Source of the DNA: an uncultured Bacilli bacterium
GTDB lineage: Bacteria; Bacillota_I; Bacilli_A; RF39; UBA660
Length of the DNA stretch: 64,000 nucleotides
Reading direction: 5' to 3'
NCBI GenBank assembly: GCA_934176955.1
Contig: CAKPOS010000001.1
Coordinates: 28,310-92,309, forward strand
The position numbers and the translations under genes were made by a program. Shown one piece after another: positions 49,904 to 59,958 of the stretch (its first letter is position 1; every line of letters starts with the position of its first letter). The notes under the pieces were generated by a model. The model was not told where the DNA came from. It did no database searches and worked only from the letters and a program-made list of their open reading frames with translations.

Positions 49904-50227
49904 TTAAACTTTATATATATCTCTTATGATGGAGATAGGGATATATTCATTGTCAATAGTAATTAAATTATTTTGATTTCTAGCCACAATTCTTTTTTTG
50001 ATGGTTTCTGTATCTGTAATAATTTCTACATCTGCTTTATAGACAAAATCTTTTTCTTTAAAAATCTGCTCAATTTTTTGATCAATAGAAATTGAAGAAT
50101 ACTTATTTTGTCTTAATTCATTATTTTTATGATTTTCCATACTATTATAAACTTTTTGTATACTATTTACGGTTTTATTTATTTTATTGTGATACATTTT
50201 GGGTAATTCTTTATTCATGTTTTTCAC
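49904..50227 (-). CDS. hypothetical small protein (107 aa) downstream of the AAA+ gene
   Basis: ORF 54 nt after the AAA+ gene stop, possibly cotranscribed. No recognisable domain. Confidence 0.35.
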   Translation of the reverse strand: MKNMNKELPKMYHNKINKTVNSIQKVYNSMENHKNNELRQNKYSSISIDQKIEQIFKEKDFVYKADVEIITDTETIKKRIVARNQNNLITIDNEYIPISIIRDIYKV

Positions 50228-50281
50228 CTCATTTCATTTTATGAGGATTTCTATTGAATATACATGAAAAAGAAATATCTG

Positions 50282-51697
50282 CTAGATAATTTCTTTCTTT
50301 TCTAGAATATATCCTTTAGGATTTTCTTGATTCTTTTTCTTTAATGTTAGACTTTTATATGCTGCTGGTTCTTGACTAATTTTAGCAAATGGTTCAATAA
50401 AAAGACTATCTACACAGCCAATTAAAGCTCTTGCTCCTGTATCTTTTTTGATAGCTTCTTTGGCTAAATCTTGATAAACTTCTTCATCAATTTGTAATTT
50501 TATTTTTAGTTCATTTAAGATTTTTGTTTTAGATTGAATTGTTGTATTATGAGGATTTTTTAAAATTTGAATTAAATTTTTTTCTGTTAATGGATTTAGT
50601 TCAATGATATTAGGAAGTCTACCAATTAATTCTTTTTTGATTCCATATTGATATAAATCTTCTGTGGTAATTGGTTCTTTCTGTTTTATTAATGATTCTT
50701 TTTGTTGAAATCCTATTGTTTTTTTCTTTTCTTCTTTCTTTTTCCGTAGTCCAGTGAAAGCTCCTGAAGCAATTACGGTAATGTTTTTAGTACTTAAGGT
50801 AACATAATTAGGAAATAAAACATCTCCTAAATTAATTCTGTATTCTCCATCTTCTAAAAGTTTTAAGAGTTCATCTTGGATAGATGCTGTTCCTATTTGG
50901 GCATTAGCTTCTATGGTTGTACTAGCTTTTTTATCAATTTCATCTACAAAAATAATTCCTCTACTAGCTTTTGCAATATTATTATTTGCTTTTTCAATGA
51001 GTTGCTTTAAAATATCTTCGATATTTCCTCCTTGATATCCTGATGCTGTTAGTGATGTAGCATCTGTGATTACGGTAGGAACATTCAAACTTTTAGCAAT
51101 ATTTCTAATAATCTCTGTTTTTCCTACTCCTGTTGGTCCAATCAGTAAAATATTATTTTTTACTTCACTTTTAGAATTTTGCCATAGGATAGAAATAATA
51201 TCATCAATTGCTTTATCTTGACCAATGATTTTATCTTTTAGCTTAGTAACTAATTTTTTTGCATCAAATAATTCATTTCTTTTTAAAATTCTTTTGGCAA
51301 GATCAATATCTGGTTCTGTTATACAATAAGAATTAGACGATGTTAAAATATGTAACTCAACATTTTCATAATCTCCAACTTTAGGAATACAAAATCGATA
51401 TTTAAAATTTGATGTCGTTTCAAAATAGCTAAGAGCATAGTTTTTAATATATTCTTTGGGATATTTTTTGATTAATTTTTGATCTTCTTTTGGGATAACA
51501 ATATTTTGTCGAAGTCCATAACCATAGTTTTGTTCTAAATCTAACATGTAATTATATTTTTTTCCACTTATTGTAATGAATTCTTCTGTTGTTTCATCTT
51601 TTCTTCCAACAACAACATGATGAGGAGTATAAATAAATATTCCATTAGCATTTTTCTTCTTCTTAAAAATAATAGCTACTTCTAAATTAGTTTTCAT
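50282..51697 (-). CDS. ClpX/HslU-clade AAA+ ATPase with an unrecognised ~180-aa N-terminal domain
   Basis: Walker A ILLIGPTGVGKTEIIRNIAK (HslU-like GVGKTEI). DATSLTASGYQGGNIEDIL and Walker B GIIFVDEIDKK present. No ClpX zinc-ribbon. Overlaps the aspS stop by 11 nt. Confidence 0.6.
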   Translation of the reverse strand: MKTNLEVAIIFKKKKNANGIFIYTPHHVVVGRKDETTEEFITISGKKYNYMLDLEQNYGYGLRQNIVIPKEDQKLIKKYPKEYIKNYALSYFETTSNFKYRFCIPKVGDYENVELHILTSSNSYCITEPDIDLAKRILKRNELFDAKKLVTKLKDKIIGQDKAIDDIISILWQNSKSEVKNNILLIGPTGVGKTEIIRNIAKSLNVPTVITDATSLTASGYQGGNIEDILKQLIEKANNNIAKASRGIIFVDEIDKKASTTIEANAQIGTASIQDELLKLLEDGEYRINLGDVLFPNYVTLSTKNITVIASGAFTGLRKKKEEKKKTIGFQQKESLIKQKEPITTEDLYQYGIKKELIGRLPNIIELNPLTEKNLIQILKNPHNTTIQSKTKILNELKIKLQIDEEVYQDLAKEAIKKDTGARALIGCVDSLFIEPFAKISQEPAAYKSLTLKKKNQENPKGYILEKKEII

Positions 51698-53447
51698 TTT
51701 TCTTCTCTTCTTTCAACTGTAACCCTAATTCTTCTAATTGTTTTTCTGATACAACATTTGGAGCTTCTGTTAATAGACATGAGGCACTTGCTGTTTTAGG
51801 GAATGCTATAACATCTCTGATGTTGTCTGTTTCAGTGAGTAACATAGTTAATCTATCTAATCCTAAAGCAAATCCTCCATGTGGTGGTGTTCCATATTTG
51901 AATGCTTCCATTAGAAATCCAAATTTTTCTTTGGCTTCTTCATCAGTAAAGCCTAGTGCTTCAAACATAATTTTTTGGGTATCTTGATTATGAATACGAA
52001 TTGAGCCTCCTCCTGCTTCATAACCATTGATAACAATATCATATGCCTTAGCGTAGCAATTGGCTTTGTCTGTTAGTAATTTATCAATATCTTCATCTTT
52101 TGGTGCCGTAAATGGATGATGACAAGCTACATATCTATTTTCTTGTTCACTATATTCAAATACTGGGAAATCAGTTATAAATAACATCTGATATTCTTTA
52201 TTGTTAATCATTTGATTATCTTTTGCTAATTTACATCTAAGGGCACCTAAGCTTGTTTTTACTATGTTGTATACTCCACTAATGATAAATACAATATCAT
52301 TCTTTTCTAAATTTAATTGACTTTTTAAAGTACTGATTTCTTCTTCGTTTAAGTTTTTAACAATGCTTCCTGATAAAGTATCTTCTACTTTAATGTAAGC
52401 AAGACCAGTTGCTTTATAAGTTTTTACGAAGTCTGTTAATTTATCAATTTCTTTTCTTGAATATTTATCGGCTTTATTTTTTAATACTAAAGCATTAATG
52501 ATTCCTTTTTCTTCGATTACTTTTTTTAAGAATTCTATGGAAGTATTGTTAAAAATAGAAGTAATCTCTTGAATTGGCATTTCATATCTTAGATCTGGTT
52601 TATCACTACCATAATTTTTTATTGCATCATTGTATTTCATTCTTTTTAGTGGTAATTTGATTTCTACTTGTTTCATTTCTTTAAATACTTTTGCAATTAA
52701 TTTTTCAATTACATTCATGACATCAAATTCATCAACGAAGCTTAGTTCAACATCAACTTGAGTAAATTCTGGTTGGCGGTCTGCTCTTAAGTCTTCATCA
52801 CGGAAACATTTCGCAATTTGATAATACTTTTCGAAGCCACTTACCATTAATAATTGTTTTAAAATTTGAGGAGATTGTGGTAAGGCATAAAAGTTTCCTT
52901 TATTGATACGACTAGGGACTAAGTAGTCTCTTGCTCCTTCTGGAGTTGAACGACATAAAACTGGAGTTTCTATATCAATAAATCCTTCTGTATCCAAAAA
53001 ATTTCTAATACATCTTGTAATTTTTGCTCTTGTCATTATTTTATCTTTCAAGCTTTGTCTTCTTAAATCTAAGTAACGATATTTTAATCTAGTATCTTCT
53101 AGAGCATTGGTATCATCTTTAATTTCAAAAGGAGTTTCTATAGAAGTATTAATTATCTCTAATTCTTGAATATCGATTTCTATTTCTCCTGTTTTGATAT
53201 TAGGGTTAACTTTTTCTCTTTTTTGAACTGTACCAATTACTTTAATGACATATTCATTTTTTAAACGACTTGCTATTTCATATGCCTTATTTTCTGGACG
53301 AATGGTTAATTGAATAATTCCACTTCTATCTCTTAAATCGATGAATATGACTCCTCCTAGGTCTCTTTTCTTTTGAACCCAGCCATATAATTCTAGGGTT
53401 TGTCCAATATTTTCTTTAGTAATGGTATTGTTTTCTATTGTTTTCAT
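51687..53447 (-). CDS. aspS: aspartate--tRNA ligase
   Basis: N-terminal OB fold (TLELYGWVQKKRDLGGVIFIDLRD), class II motifs, bacterial insertion domain. AAGGAAAATA RBS before ATG at 53447. Confidence 0.9.
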   Translation of the reverse strand: MKTIENNTITKENIGQTLELYGWVQKKRDLGGVIFIDLRDRSGIIQLTIRPENKAYEIASRLKNEYVIKVIGTVQKREKVNPNIKTGEIEIDIQELEIINTSIETPFEIKDDTNALEDTRLKYRYLDLRRQSLKDKIMTRAKITRCIRNFLDTEGFIDIETPVLCRSTPEGARDYLVPSRINKGNFYALPQSPQILKQLLMVSGFEKYYQIAKCFRDEDLRADRQPEFTQVDVELSFVDEFDVMNVIEKLIAKVFKEMKQVEIKLPLKRMKYNDAIKNYGSDKPDLRYEMPIQEITSIFNNTSIEFLKKVIEEKGIINALVLKNKADKYSRKEIDKLTDFVKTYKATGLAYIKVEDTLSGSIVKNLNEEEISTLKSQLNLEKNDIVFIISGVYNIVKTSLGALRCKLAKDNQMINNKEYQMLFITDFPVFEYSEQENRYVACHHPFTAPKDEDIDKLLTDKANCYAKAYDIVINGYEAGGGSIRIHNQDTQKIMFEALGFTDEEAKEKFGFLMEAFKYGTPPHGGFALGLDRLTMLLTETDNIRDVIAFPKTASASCLLTEAPNVVSEKQLEELGLQLKEEKKNEN

Positions 53448-53459
53448 TATTTTCCTTCT

Positions 53460-53650
53460 TTCTAATAAAAAGCGCACAAAAGAAATAAAGATAAAGACGA
53501 GATTTCTCCCGCGGTGCCACTTTATTTCACTTATTGTGCTCTTTTTTTGATAACGGGACTGTCCCCGATTTGTTTTAATTTCCTATCTTGTCACATTATA
53601 GGTCAACAAATAAATATATATGCATTATAGCATAAAATGAAATAGATAGT
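53460..53650 (-). promoter_or_regulatory. T-box riboswitch leader upstream of aspS
   Basis: Minus-strand AAAGTGGCACCGCGGGAG T-box core (plus coords 53503-53520). Terminator arms AGAGCACAA/TTGTGCGCT followed by a U-run. Extended -10 TGCTATAAT around 53637-53645. Confidence 0.6.
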
Positions 53651-53695
53651 TTGTTTTTAACATAGAAGTAATTTATTCTCTTAGCAGATAATAAA

Positions 53696-54931
53696 CTATG
53701 TTTTATCTATTAAAGCCATTATTGCGTTTTTAATCGCAATCTTTCCATAGTTATAAGTTAGAGAACCTTGCTGATAGGCAATGTATGGTTCTCTTAATGG
53801 ACCATCACAAGATAATTCAATTGATGAACCTTGAGTAAATGTTCCTGCTGCCATAATCACTTGATCTTGATATCCTGGCATATCCCAAGGAATTGGTTTT
53901 ACATTAGCATCTATTGGACTTGATGCTTGGATTGCTTGGCAGTAGGCAATTAATTTTTCTTTATCGTGAAAAATAATATTTTGAACAATATCGGCTCTTT
54001 TTTCTTGATATTTTGGTTCTGTTTCATAACCTATTTTTTCTAGTAGATAGCTTGTTAAAATGGCTGTTTTTATTGCTGAATTTACAACTGATGGTGCTAA
54101 ATATAATCCTAGTAAAAATTGTTTATTTAGTCCTAAAGATGGTCCTACTTCTCTTCCCTCTCCTGGTACATTTAATCTTTCAGCACATAACTTAATTAAA
54201 TCTTTTCTTCCTGTAATATAAGCTCCGTTTGATGCCATTCCTGCTCCTAAATTTTTGATTAATGATCCTACTGCTAAGTCTGCTCCTACTTCGATTGGTT
54301 CTTTGGTATCAACAAATTCACAGTAGCAATTATCGACCATAATAATGACTTCTTGATCAACTTCTCTAATTTGTTTAATTCCTTCTTCTAAATCTTCAAT
54401 TAAAATACTTTTTCTAGTGGAGTATCCTTTACTTCTTTGAATTTCAATTAATTTTATTTTTTTCTCTTTCAGTACTTTTTTGATTTCTGGAATATTAAAA
54501 TGATTATCGATTAAATCAATTTGCTGATAGTTTATTCCATAAGATTTTAAAGAACTATCATTTTCTTGAATGCCTATTACCTCTTCTAGGGTATCATATG
54601 GTTTTCCTGTTATAGATAATAAAGTATCTCCTGGTCTTAGGCAAGCAAATAATGCTGTCGTTAAGGCGTGAGTACCAGAGATGAATTGGCTTCTGACTAA
54701 AGAATCTTCACTTTTAAAAATATCAGAATATACTTTTTCAATGGTATCTCTTCCTAAATCACTATACCCATATCCTGTTGTCATATTAAAACAAGTTTCA
54801 TTAACATTATTTTCTTTAAATGCTTTTAATACTTTTATAGAATTTTCTTCTTCTATTTTGTCATATTTGTAGTAAATATCTTTTAAATTCATTTCTGCTT
54901 CTTGCATTAAGTTTTCTATTTTTTCTTTCAT
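53696..54931 (-). CDS. PLP-dependent YnbB-family (aluminium-resistance / Cys-Met-metabolism-like) protein
   Basis: GYGYSDLGRDTIEKVYSDIF...VRSQFISGTHALTTALFACLRPGDTLLSITGKPYDTLEEVIG matches the YnbB/PF06838 conserved block. Confidence 0.6.
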   Translation of the reverse strand: MKEKIENLMQEAEMNLKDIYYKYDKIEEENSIKVLKAFKENNVNETCFNMTTGYGYSDLGRDTIEKVYSDIFKSEDSLVRSQFISGTHALTTALFACLRPGDTLLSITGKPYDTLEEVIGIQENDSSLKSYGINYQQIDLIDNHFNIPEIKKVLKEKKIKLIEIQRSKGYSTRKSILIEDLEEGIKQIREVDQEVIIMVDNCYCEFVDTKEPIEVGADLAVGSLIKNLGAGMASNGAYITGRKDLIKLCAERLNVPGEGREVGPSLGLNKQFLLGLYLAPSVVNSAIKTAILTSYLLEKIGYETEPKYQEKRADIVQNIIFHDKEKLIAYCQAIQASSPIDANVKPIPWDMPGYQDQVIMAAGTFTQGSSIELSCDGPLREPYIAYQQGSLTYNYGKIAIKNAIMALIDKT

Positions 54932-54944
54932 ATTGTGACCTTCT

Positions 54945-55214
54945 TTATAAAATATTTGTAAATAAGTAATATAAAATTATTCCTCCTAGAACAATTCCTA
55001 GGGCTACTTCTATTAAAGTTGAAGTAAGAAGACTAAGAATAATATAGAGAATTAGTGATATTAAAGAAATTGGTGTTAGATAATTTAAGCAAGTAATTAA
55101 TATATTTAATATACTAGGGATATTAATAGAAAATAATTGTATTGCTAAAGTGAGGATAATTAGCATAGTTTCAACAATAATGATTTTTTTTAAAATAAAT
55201 TTTGCTGTTTTCAT
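54945..55214 (-). CDS. small hydrophobic membrane protein (89 aa)
   Basis: Two or three TM segments. Abuts proS. Confidence 0.3.
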   Translation of the reverse strand: MKTAKFILKKIIIVETMLIILTLAIQLFSINIPSILNILITCLNYLTPISLISLILYIILSLLTSTLIEVALGIVLGGIILYYLFTNIL

Positions 55215-56644
55215 TAATATTGGATTCCCCAGATAACGAGATGTTTAGCTGGTTTACCACAGCATACACAAACTTCATCAATAGGTTTTTCTTCTTCCAT
55301 GATACATCTAGATTTACAGCCCTTTATTTCTTTGATTTTTTCTTCACATTTCTCTTCCCCACACCACATGGCTTTAATAAAACCTGGTTGTGTATTTAGA
55401 ATATTTTCGATATCTTTTAAGTTATGCGCTTCAAAAGTTAAACTTTTTCTTCTTTCTAATGCTTTTTTATACATATCATTTTGGATTGTTTCTAATAGAG
55501 TTTTTGTATATTTAACGATATCCATTTCGGATAAGGTTTCGGTTAATTTTTCTCTTGTATCTCTTCTTGCAAATGTGATTTGATTATTTTCTAAGTCTCT
55601 CTCCCCTATTTCAATACGAATAGGGATTCCATTTACTTCTGCTTCTGCAAATTTGAATCCAGGAGATTTTTCCGTATTATCGATATAAGTTATAATATCG
55701 TTTTGCTGTAATTTTTCTTGAATTTCTAATGCTAAGTTTGTTACTTTTTCATTTTTTCCAATAGGAATAATTACCACTTGTTTCGGTGCAATTCTTGGTG
55801 GTAAAACTAATCCATAATCATCAGAATGAACCATAATTAGTCCACCTATCATTCTTGTTGTTGTTCCCCAAGAGGTTTGGTAAGGATATTCCTCTTTGTT
55901 TTCTTTGTTGGTAAATTTAACATTATATGCTTTGGTAAATTTTTGTCCGAAATAATGGCTAGTTCCTGATTGTAGAGCAACGCCATTATACATTAAGGCT
56001 TCGTTGGTTAAAGTATATTCTGCTCCTGCAAATTTTTCTTTTTCTGTTTTTTTTCCTTTTATGGAAGGAATCGCTAAAATTTCATTATGGAACCAATGAT
56101 AAACATCCATCATTTTTGCTGTTTCTGCTTCTGCTTCTTCTTTTGTAGAATGAATCGTATGTCCTTCTTGCCATAAAAATTCACGACTTCTTAAAAATGG
56201 TCTTGTTTCTTTCTCCCATCTTAATACATTACACCACTGATTATATAGTTTTGGTAAATCTCGATGAGAAGATATATGTGTTGCATAATAGTCACAAAAT
56301 AATGTTTCACTAGTTGGTCTTATACATAATCTTTCTTCTAGTTTCTTTTGTCCTCCTTCTGTTACCCAAGCAACTTCTGGTGCAAAGCCATTTACTAAAT
56401 CACTTTCCTTTTTTAGTAAATTTTCTGGAATAAGTAGGGGCATTTGACAGTTAATGTGTCCTAATTTTTTAAATTCTTTATCTAATATAGATTGCATTTT
56501 CTCCCATATTGCATATCCGTTTGGTTCGATTACTATACATCCTTTTACTGATGAATAATCTGCTAAGTGAGCTGCTCTAACAACGTCTGTATACCATTTG
56601 GCAAAATCGATATCTCTACTAGTAATTGCTTTATTTTTTGGCAT
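55214..56644 (-). CDS. proS: proline--tRNA ligase (archaeal/eukaryote-like type)
   Basis: 476 aa. N-terminal DFAKWYTDVV. Class II motifs. C-terminal zinc-binding CxxC...CxxC. Confidence 0.9.
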   Translation of the reverse strand: MPKNKAITSRDIDFAKWYTDVVRAAHLADYSSVKGCIVIEPNGYAIWEKMQSILDKEFKKLGHINCQMPLLIPENLLKKESDLVNGFAPEVAWVTEGGQKKLEERLCIRPTSETLFCDYYATHISSHRDLPKLYNQWCNVLRWEKETRPFLRSREFLWQEGHTIHSTKEEAEAETAKMMDVYHWFHNEILAIPSIKGKKTEKEKFAGAEYTLTNEALMYNGVALQSGTSHYFGQKFTKAYNVKFTNKENKEEYPYQTSWGTTTRMIGGLIMVHSDDYGLVLPPRIAPKQVVIIPIGKNEKVTNLALEIQEKLQQNDIITYIDNTEKSPGFKFAEAEVNGIPIRIEIGERDLENNQITFARRDTREKLTETLSEMDIVKYTKTLLETIQNDMYKKALERRKSLTFEAHNLKDIENILNTQPGFIKAMWCGEEKCEEKIKEIKGCKSRCIMEEEKPIDEVCVCCGKPAKHLVIWGIQY

Positions 56645-56757
56645 TTTATCTCCTCTTTTCTTTATGTGTTTTTATTATACTATAAAAGAATCAAAAAAAA
56701 AAGAGTTTCTCTTCCTTTTAAATTACTGATAATACAAAACTTATGATATACCAGTTC

Positions 56758-58272
56758 TTAATCTTTTTTCTTTTTTAAAACTATAGAAGAATCAACCGCT
56801 ATCTCAATAGCTTCATCAAGCATTTGATTAATATTTTCTTTATAAATTAATAATGCCTTTTTAGTAATCTCCCTAACTTCATCTAATTCTATTCCTAAAA
56901 AGTTAGCTATTGCTTCAGTAGTAAAGTATTTTTCATCTACATATCCTAACTTCAAACAAACTATTATTGCCTCTTTAGGAGTAAACAATTTTAATATTTC
57001 ATCAAATTTTGGAGATCTCATTAATTTTAAAACATTTAAATAATCTTCTTTTTCCATCTTAGTCCCCTCATTACCTAAATTTATTTTTGATTCTTTCGCA
57101 ATTTGCGAACTAGAACTTAATTGAACAATTTCTGCATCTGTTCTTTCTTCTACCATAGAAGAGATATTTATATTTGAATCTTCCTGTTGCTTTTTATCAT
57201 ATTCTTTTCCTTTTTTCCTTGAATTAAAAAGTAACTTTTTCATTTTAGGAATTAAACTATTATAAAATTTTCTTGTTTCCTCTTTTCCCCATGTTGAGGA
57301 AATAATCGGATTATCTAAATCCTTACCATACCTTAATTCAATTAAATTCTTTTCATCTTCTGTTAACTTGACTAACATAACATCAATTTCATCTCTAGAA
57401 TATTCTTTCAAATATTCATATATTGTTTTTATTTTTCTCTGTTTCATTTTTTTAACAGACCTTTCTTCAATAATTTTATTTTTTCGATACCTCATCATTT
57501 CACTTTGACCAACAGATTCCTTTTCCTGTTGAAAATCTATTGTAGAAGAAGTCGTAGATACTTGTAATGGAAGTTGACCAGACACCTCATCTATCAAATG
57601 ATTACTAGATAATCCATTAATCTCTATTATGCCACTTTTCCTTAACTGTTCCCCTATCTTTGATATATTCTTTGTTATTATTCTTGATACATATGATTGA
57701 GAAATATTAAACTTTTCTGCAATTTCTTTTTGATTATATGCATGATCCCCAATAAATCCAAAATAAAGCAAAACAATATCCCTATTTGGAAGTGGTAATT
57801 GATAAACAACTTCTCTTATTTCAGCAAAAAATTCCCTTTTTTCATAATCTGAGACAAAATCAGAACCTTCATCTGCTAAAACATCTTCCAACTTTAGTTG
57901 ATTTCCCGATTGATCTGTTGTAATTAGACTCTCTAAACTTTTATCTAAAGTAAACTTTTTTGTTTTCTTTAAAAACATTAATATTTCATTATCAATGCAC
58001 TTAGCTGCATAAGTAGAAAATTTAAATTTTAAATCAATATTAAATGTATCCACACTCTTGATTAATCCTATTAATCCAACCGAAAACAATTCCTCTAAAT
58101 CCGTATAATGAGAAAATTTTGTATTTACTTCGTTTAAAACTAAAAGAATATTATGATAAATGATTTTCTCTCTTGCTTTCACATCTCCATTATTCATTTC
58201 CTTAAAATAATGATATAATTCTTCCTTTTCAAATGACTTTGGAAATCTTGAACTAATATATAATTTTCCCAA
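56758..58272 (-). CDS. SigE/SigK-family sigma factor with a ~270-aa C-terminal extension containing two extra region-4-like repeats
   Basis: Region 2 STYAAKCIDNEILMFLKK. First region 4 LPLPNRDIVLLYFGF...QKEIAEKFNISQSYVSRI. Extra modules LTEDEKNLIELRYG and FTPKEAIIVCLKLGY...EAIANFLGIELDEVREITKKAL. Confidence 0.7.
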   Translation of the reverse strand: MGKLYISSRFPKSFEKEELYHYFKEMNNGDVKAREKIIYHNILLVLNEVNTKFSHYTDLEELFSVGLIGLIKSVDTFNIDLKFKFSTYAAKCIDNEILMFLKKTKKFTLDKSLESLITTDQSGNQLKLEDVLADEGSDFVSDYEKREFFAEIREVVYQLPLPNRDIVLLYFGFIGDHAYNQKEIAEKFNISQSYVSRIITKNISKIGEQLRKSGIIEINGLSSNHLIDEVSGQLPLQVSTTSSTIDFQQEKESVGQSEMMRYRKNKIIEERSVKKMKQRKIKTIYEYLKEYSRDEIDVMLVKLTEDEKNLIELRYGKDLDNPIISSTWGKEETRKFYNSLIPKMKKLLFNSRKKGKEYDKKQQEDSNINISSMVEERTDAEIVQLSSSSQIAKESKINLGNEGTKMEKEDYLNVLKLMRSPKFDEILKLFTPKEAIIVCLKLGYVDEKYFTTEAIANFLGIELDEVREITKKALLIYKENINQMLDEAIEIAVDSSIVLKKKKD

Positions 58273-58394
58273 TTATCTCTCCTACTTTCTAAAAGTAACT
58301 TTTAATTTTTTTCAATAAAGAAAATACTTATTTAAATCACTAGTAATGTTAAATAACAAAACTAGCACAAAGCAATTATATTACTAAATTATTC

Positions 58395-59249
58395 TCATAA
58401 TTTCTTACTTTTTCTTTTAGCAACTATTCTTTCCTCTATTATACAATTATCTTGAACACCATTATTCTGATAACCAGATTCCATTTCTTGTTGAACATTC
58501 ACCACTGAAACACCAGACGATAATTGACTAGACTCTATGTTTTCTATGTTCCCATTAATCATTCCTGTTGTCTCTATCAAGCCAAATTTCTTTAATTGTA
58601 ATTCTATTTTTTTCACATTTCTTATGATCACTCTCGATATATATGATTGAGAAACATTAAACTTTTCTGCAATTTCTTTTTGCATATATGTATGATCATC
58701 GATAAACCCAAAATAAAGCAAAATAATTTCTCTATCACGTTCTGGTAACTGATAAACAATTTTTCTAATTTCATCACAAACAACTTTTTTCTCATATTCT
58801 GAAGCAATATCAGTTTTCTTATCTACTAAAACATCCATTAATATTTGCACATTTCCAAATTTATCTTCCATTCCTACTGGCACATCCAAACTTTCATCTA
58901 AAATAAACTTTTTCCTTTTTTTCAAAAACATTAAAATTTCATTATCAATGCACTTAGCTGCATAAGTAGAAAATTTAAAATTTAAATCAATATTAAATGT
59001 ATCCACACTTTTGATTAATCCTACTAATCCGACAGAAACTAATTCTTCTAAATCAGAATTTTGAGAAAATTTTAATCTCACCTCATTTAAAACTAATCGA
59101 ATATTATGCTGGATAAAATTATCTCTTGCTTGTTCTCTACAATATCTTCCCTCTCTAAAATAATATTCAATCTCTTCATCACTTAACGGTTCCAATAAGT
59201 CCGAAGTAATAAATATGTTTTTCATTTGAAATTTATTTAATATTTTCAT
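58395..59249 (-). CDS. SigE/SigK-family sporulation-type sigma factor (284 aa)
   Basis: LVGLIKSVDTFNIDLNFKFSTYAAKCIDNEILMFLKK is near-identical to the neighbouring gene. Region 4 LPERDREIILLYFGF...QKEIAEKFNVSQSYISRV. Confidence 0.75.
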   Translation of the reverse strand: MKILNKFQMKNIFITSDLLEPLSDEEIEYYFREGRYCREQARDNFIQHNIRLVLNEVRLKFSQNSDLEELVSVGLVGLIKSVDTFNIDLNFKFSTYAAKCIDNEILMFLKKRKKFILDESLDVPVGMEDKFGNVQILMDVLVDKKTDIASEYEKKVVCDEIRKIVYQLPERDREIILLYFGFIDDHTYMQKEIAEKFNVSQSYISRVIIRNVKKIELQLKKFGLIETTGMINGNIENIESSQLSSGVSVVNVQQEMESGYQNNGVQDNCIIEERIVAKRKSKKL

Positions 59250-59406
59250 TATTTCCCCCCTCTTTTAAAACTAAATTTTAAAAAGTATACTTATAATACC
59301 ACCTTTTCCTATGATTTACAACTCTTTTTTTAAATTCATAACTAAAAAAAGAGTTGAATACTCTATCCAGAATATGCAACTCTTTATAACAAAAAATATT
59401 TCTTCC

Positions 59407-59838
59407 TCAAGATAAATAATTATCTTTAATAATTCTTACAAACTTTGGTCCCGTCTTAAGTACTAGAATAATTCCTAAAACAGTAGCAATATATCCAATA
59501 TATCCACTTCTTTTATTTCCTACAGATTCTGGAGATAGAAAATCATAATACAAAGTCATTTTATCTCCTATATTTACATCTTTTTCATAATTATCAATTG
59601 TAGCATTATAATTATTATTATTAGCAATATAAGATAAATTTACAGCTCTTTTTTCAACATTTCCATCAGCCGTTTTAGCAATAGTTACCCCTGCTACGGT
59701 TCCTTCTGCACTAATAACTTTTAATTTAAAATTTTCTGTTTTTAAAAGTAATATTCCAAATACTGTTAATACAGTTCCTACAATACAAAGAACCATAATA
59801 GGAATATTTAATTCTTCTTTTTTTCTCTGTTTTCCCAT
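59407..59838 (-). CDS. DUF3592-like membrane protein
   Basis: N- and C-terminal TM helices flank a soluble beta-rich segment. 143 aa. Confidence 0.4.
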   Translation of the reverse strand: MGKQRKKEELNIPIMVLCIVGTVLTVFGILLLKTENFKLKVISAEGTVAGVTIAKTADGNVEKRAVNLSYIANNNNYNATIDNYEKDVNIGDKMTLYYDFLSPESVGNKRSGYIGYIATVLGIILVLKTGPKFVRIIKDNYLS

Positions 59839-59958
59839 CTTATTCTCCTCCTATTTTAAGTATAGCAAAACTTAAGAAAAAAAACAATCTAATTTTTAGT
59901 TTTCTTCCATAATTTTAGGATTAATTCTATAGAAGTATTTTTCGTTCATAAAAAAACT

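Noticed and set aside
54013-55583. Plus-strand ORFs 54013..54195, 54681..54872, 55202..55399 and 55299..55583 opposite ynbB-like and proS
   Set aside because: All lie within well-supported minus-strand genes. Leu/Phe-rich antisense artefacts.
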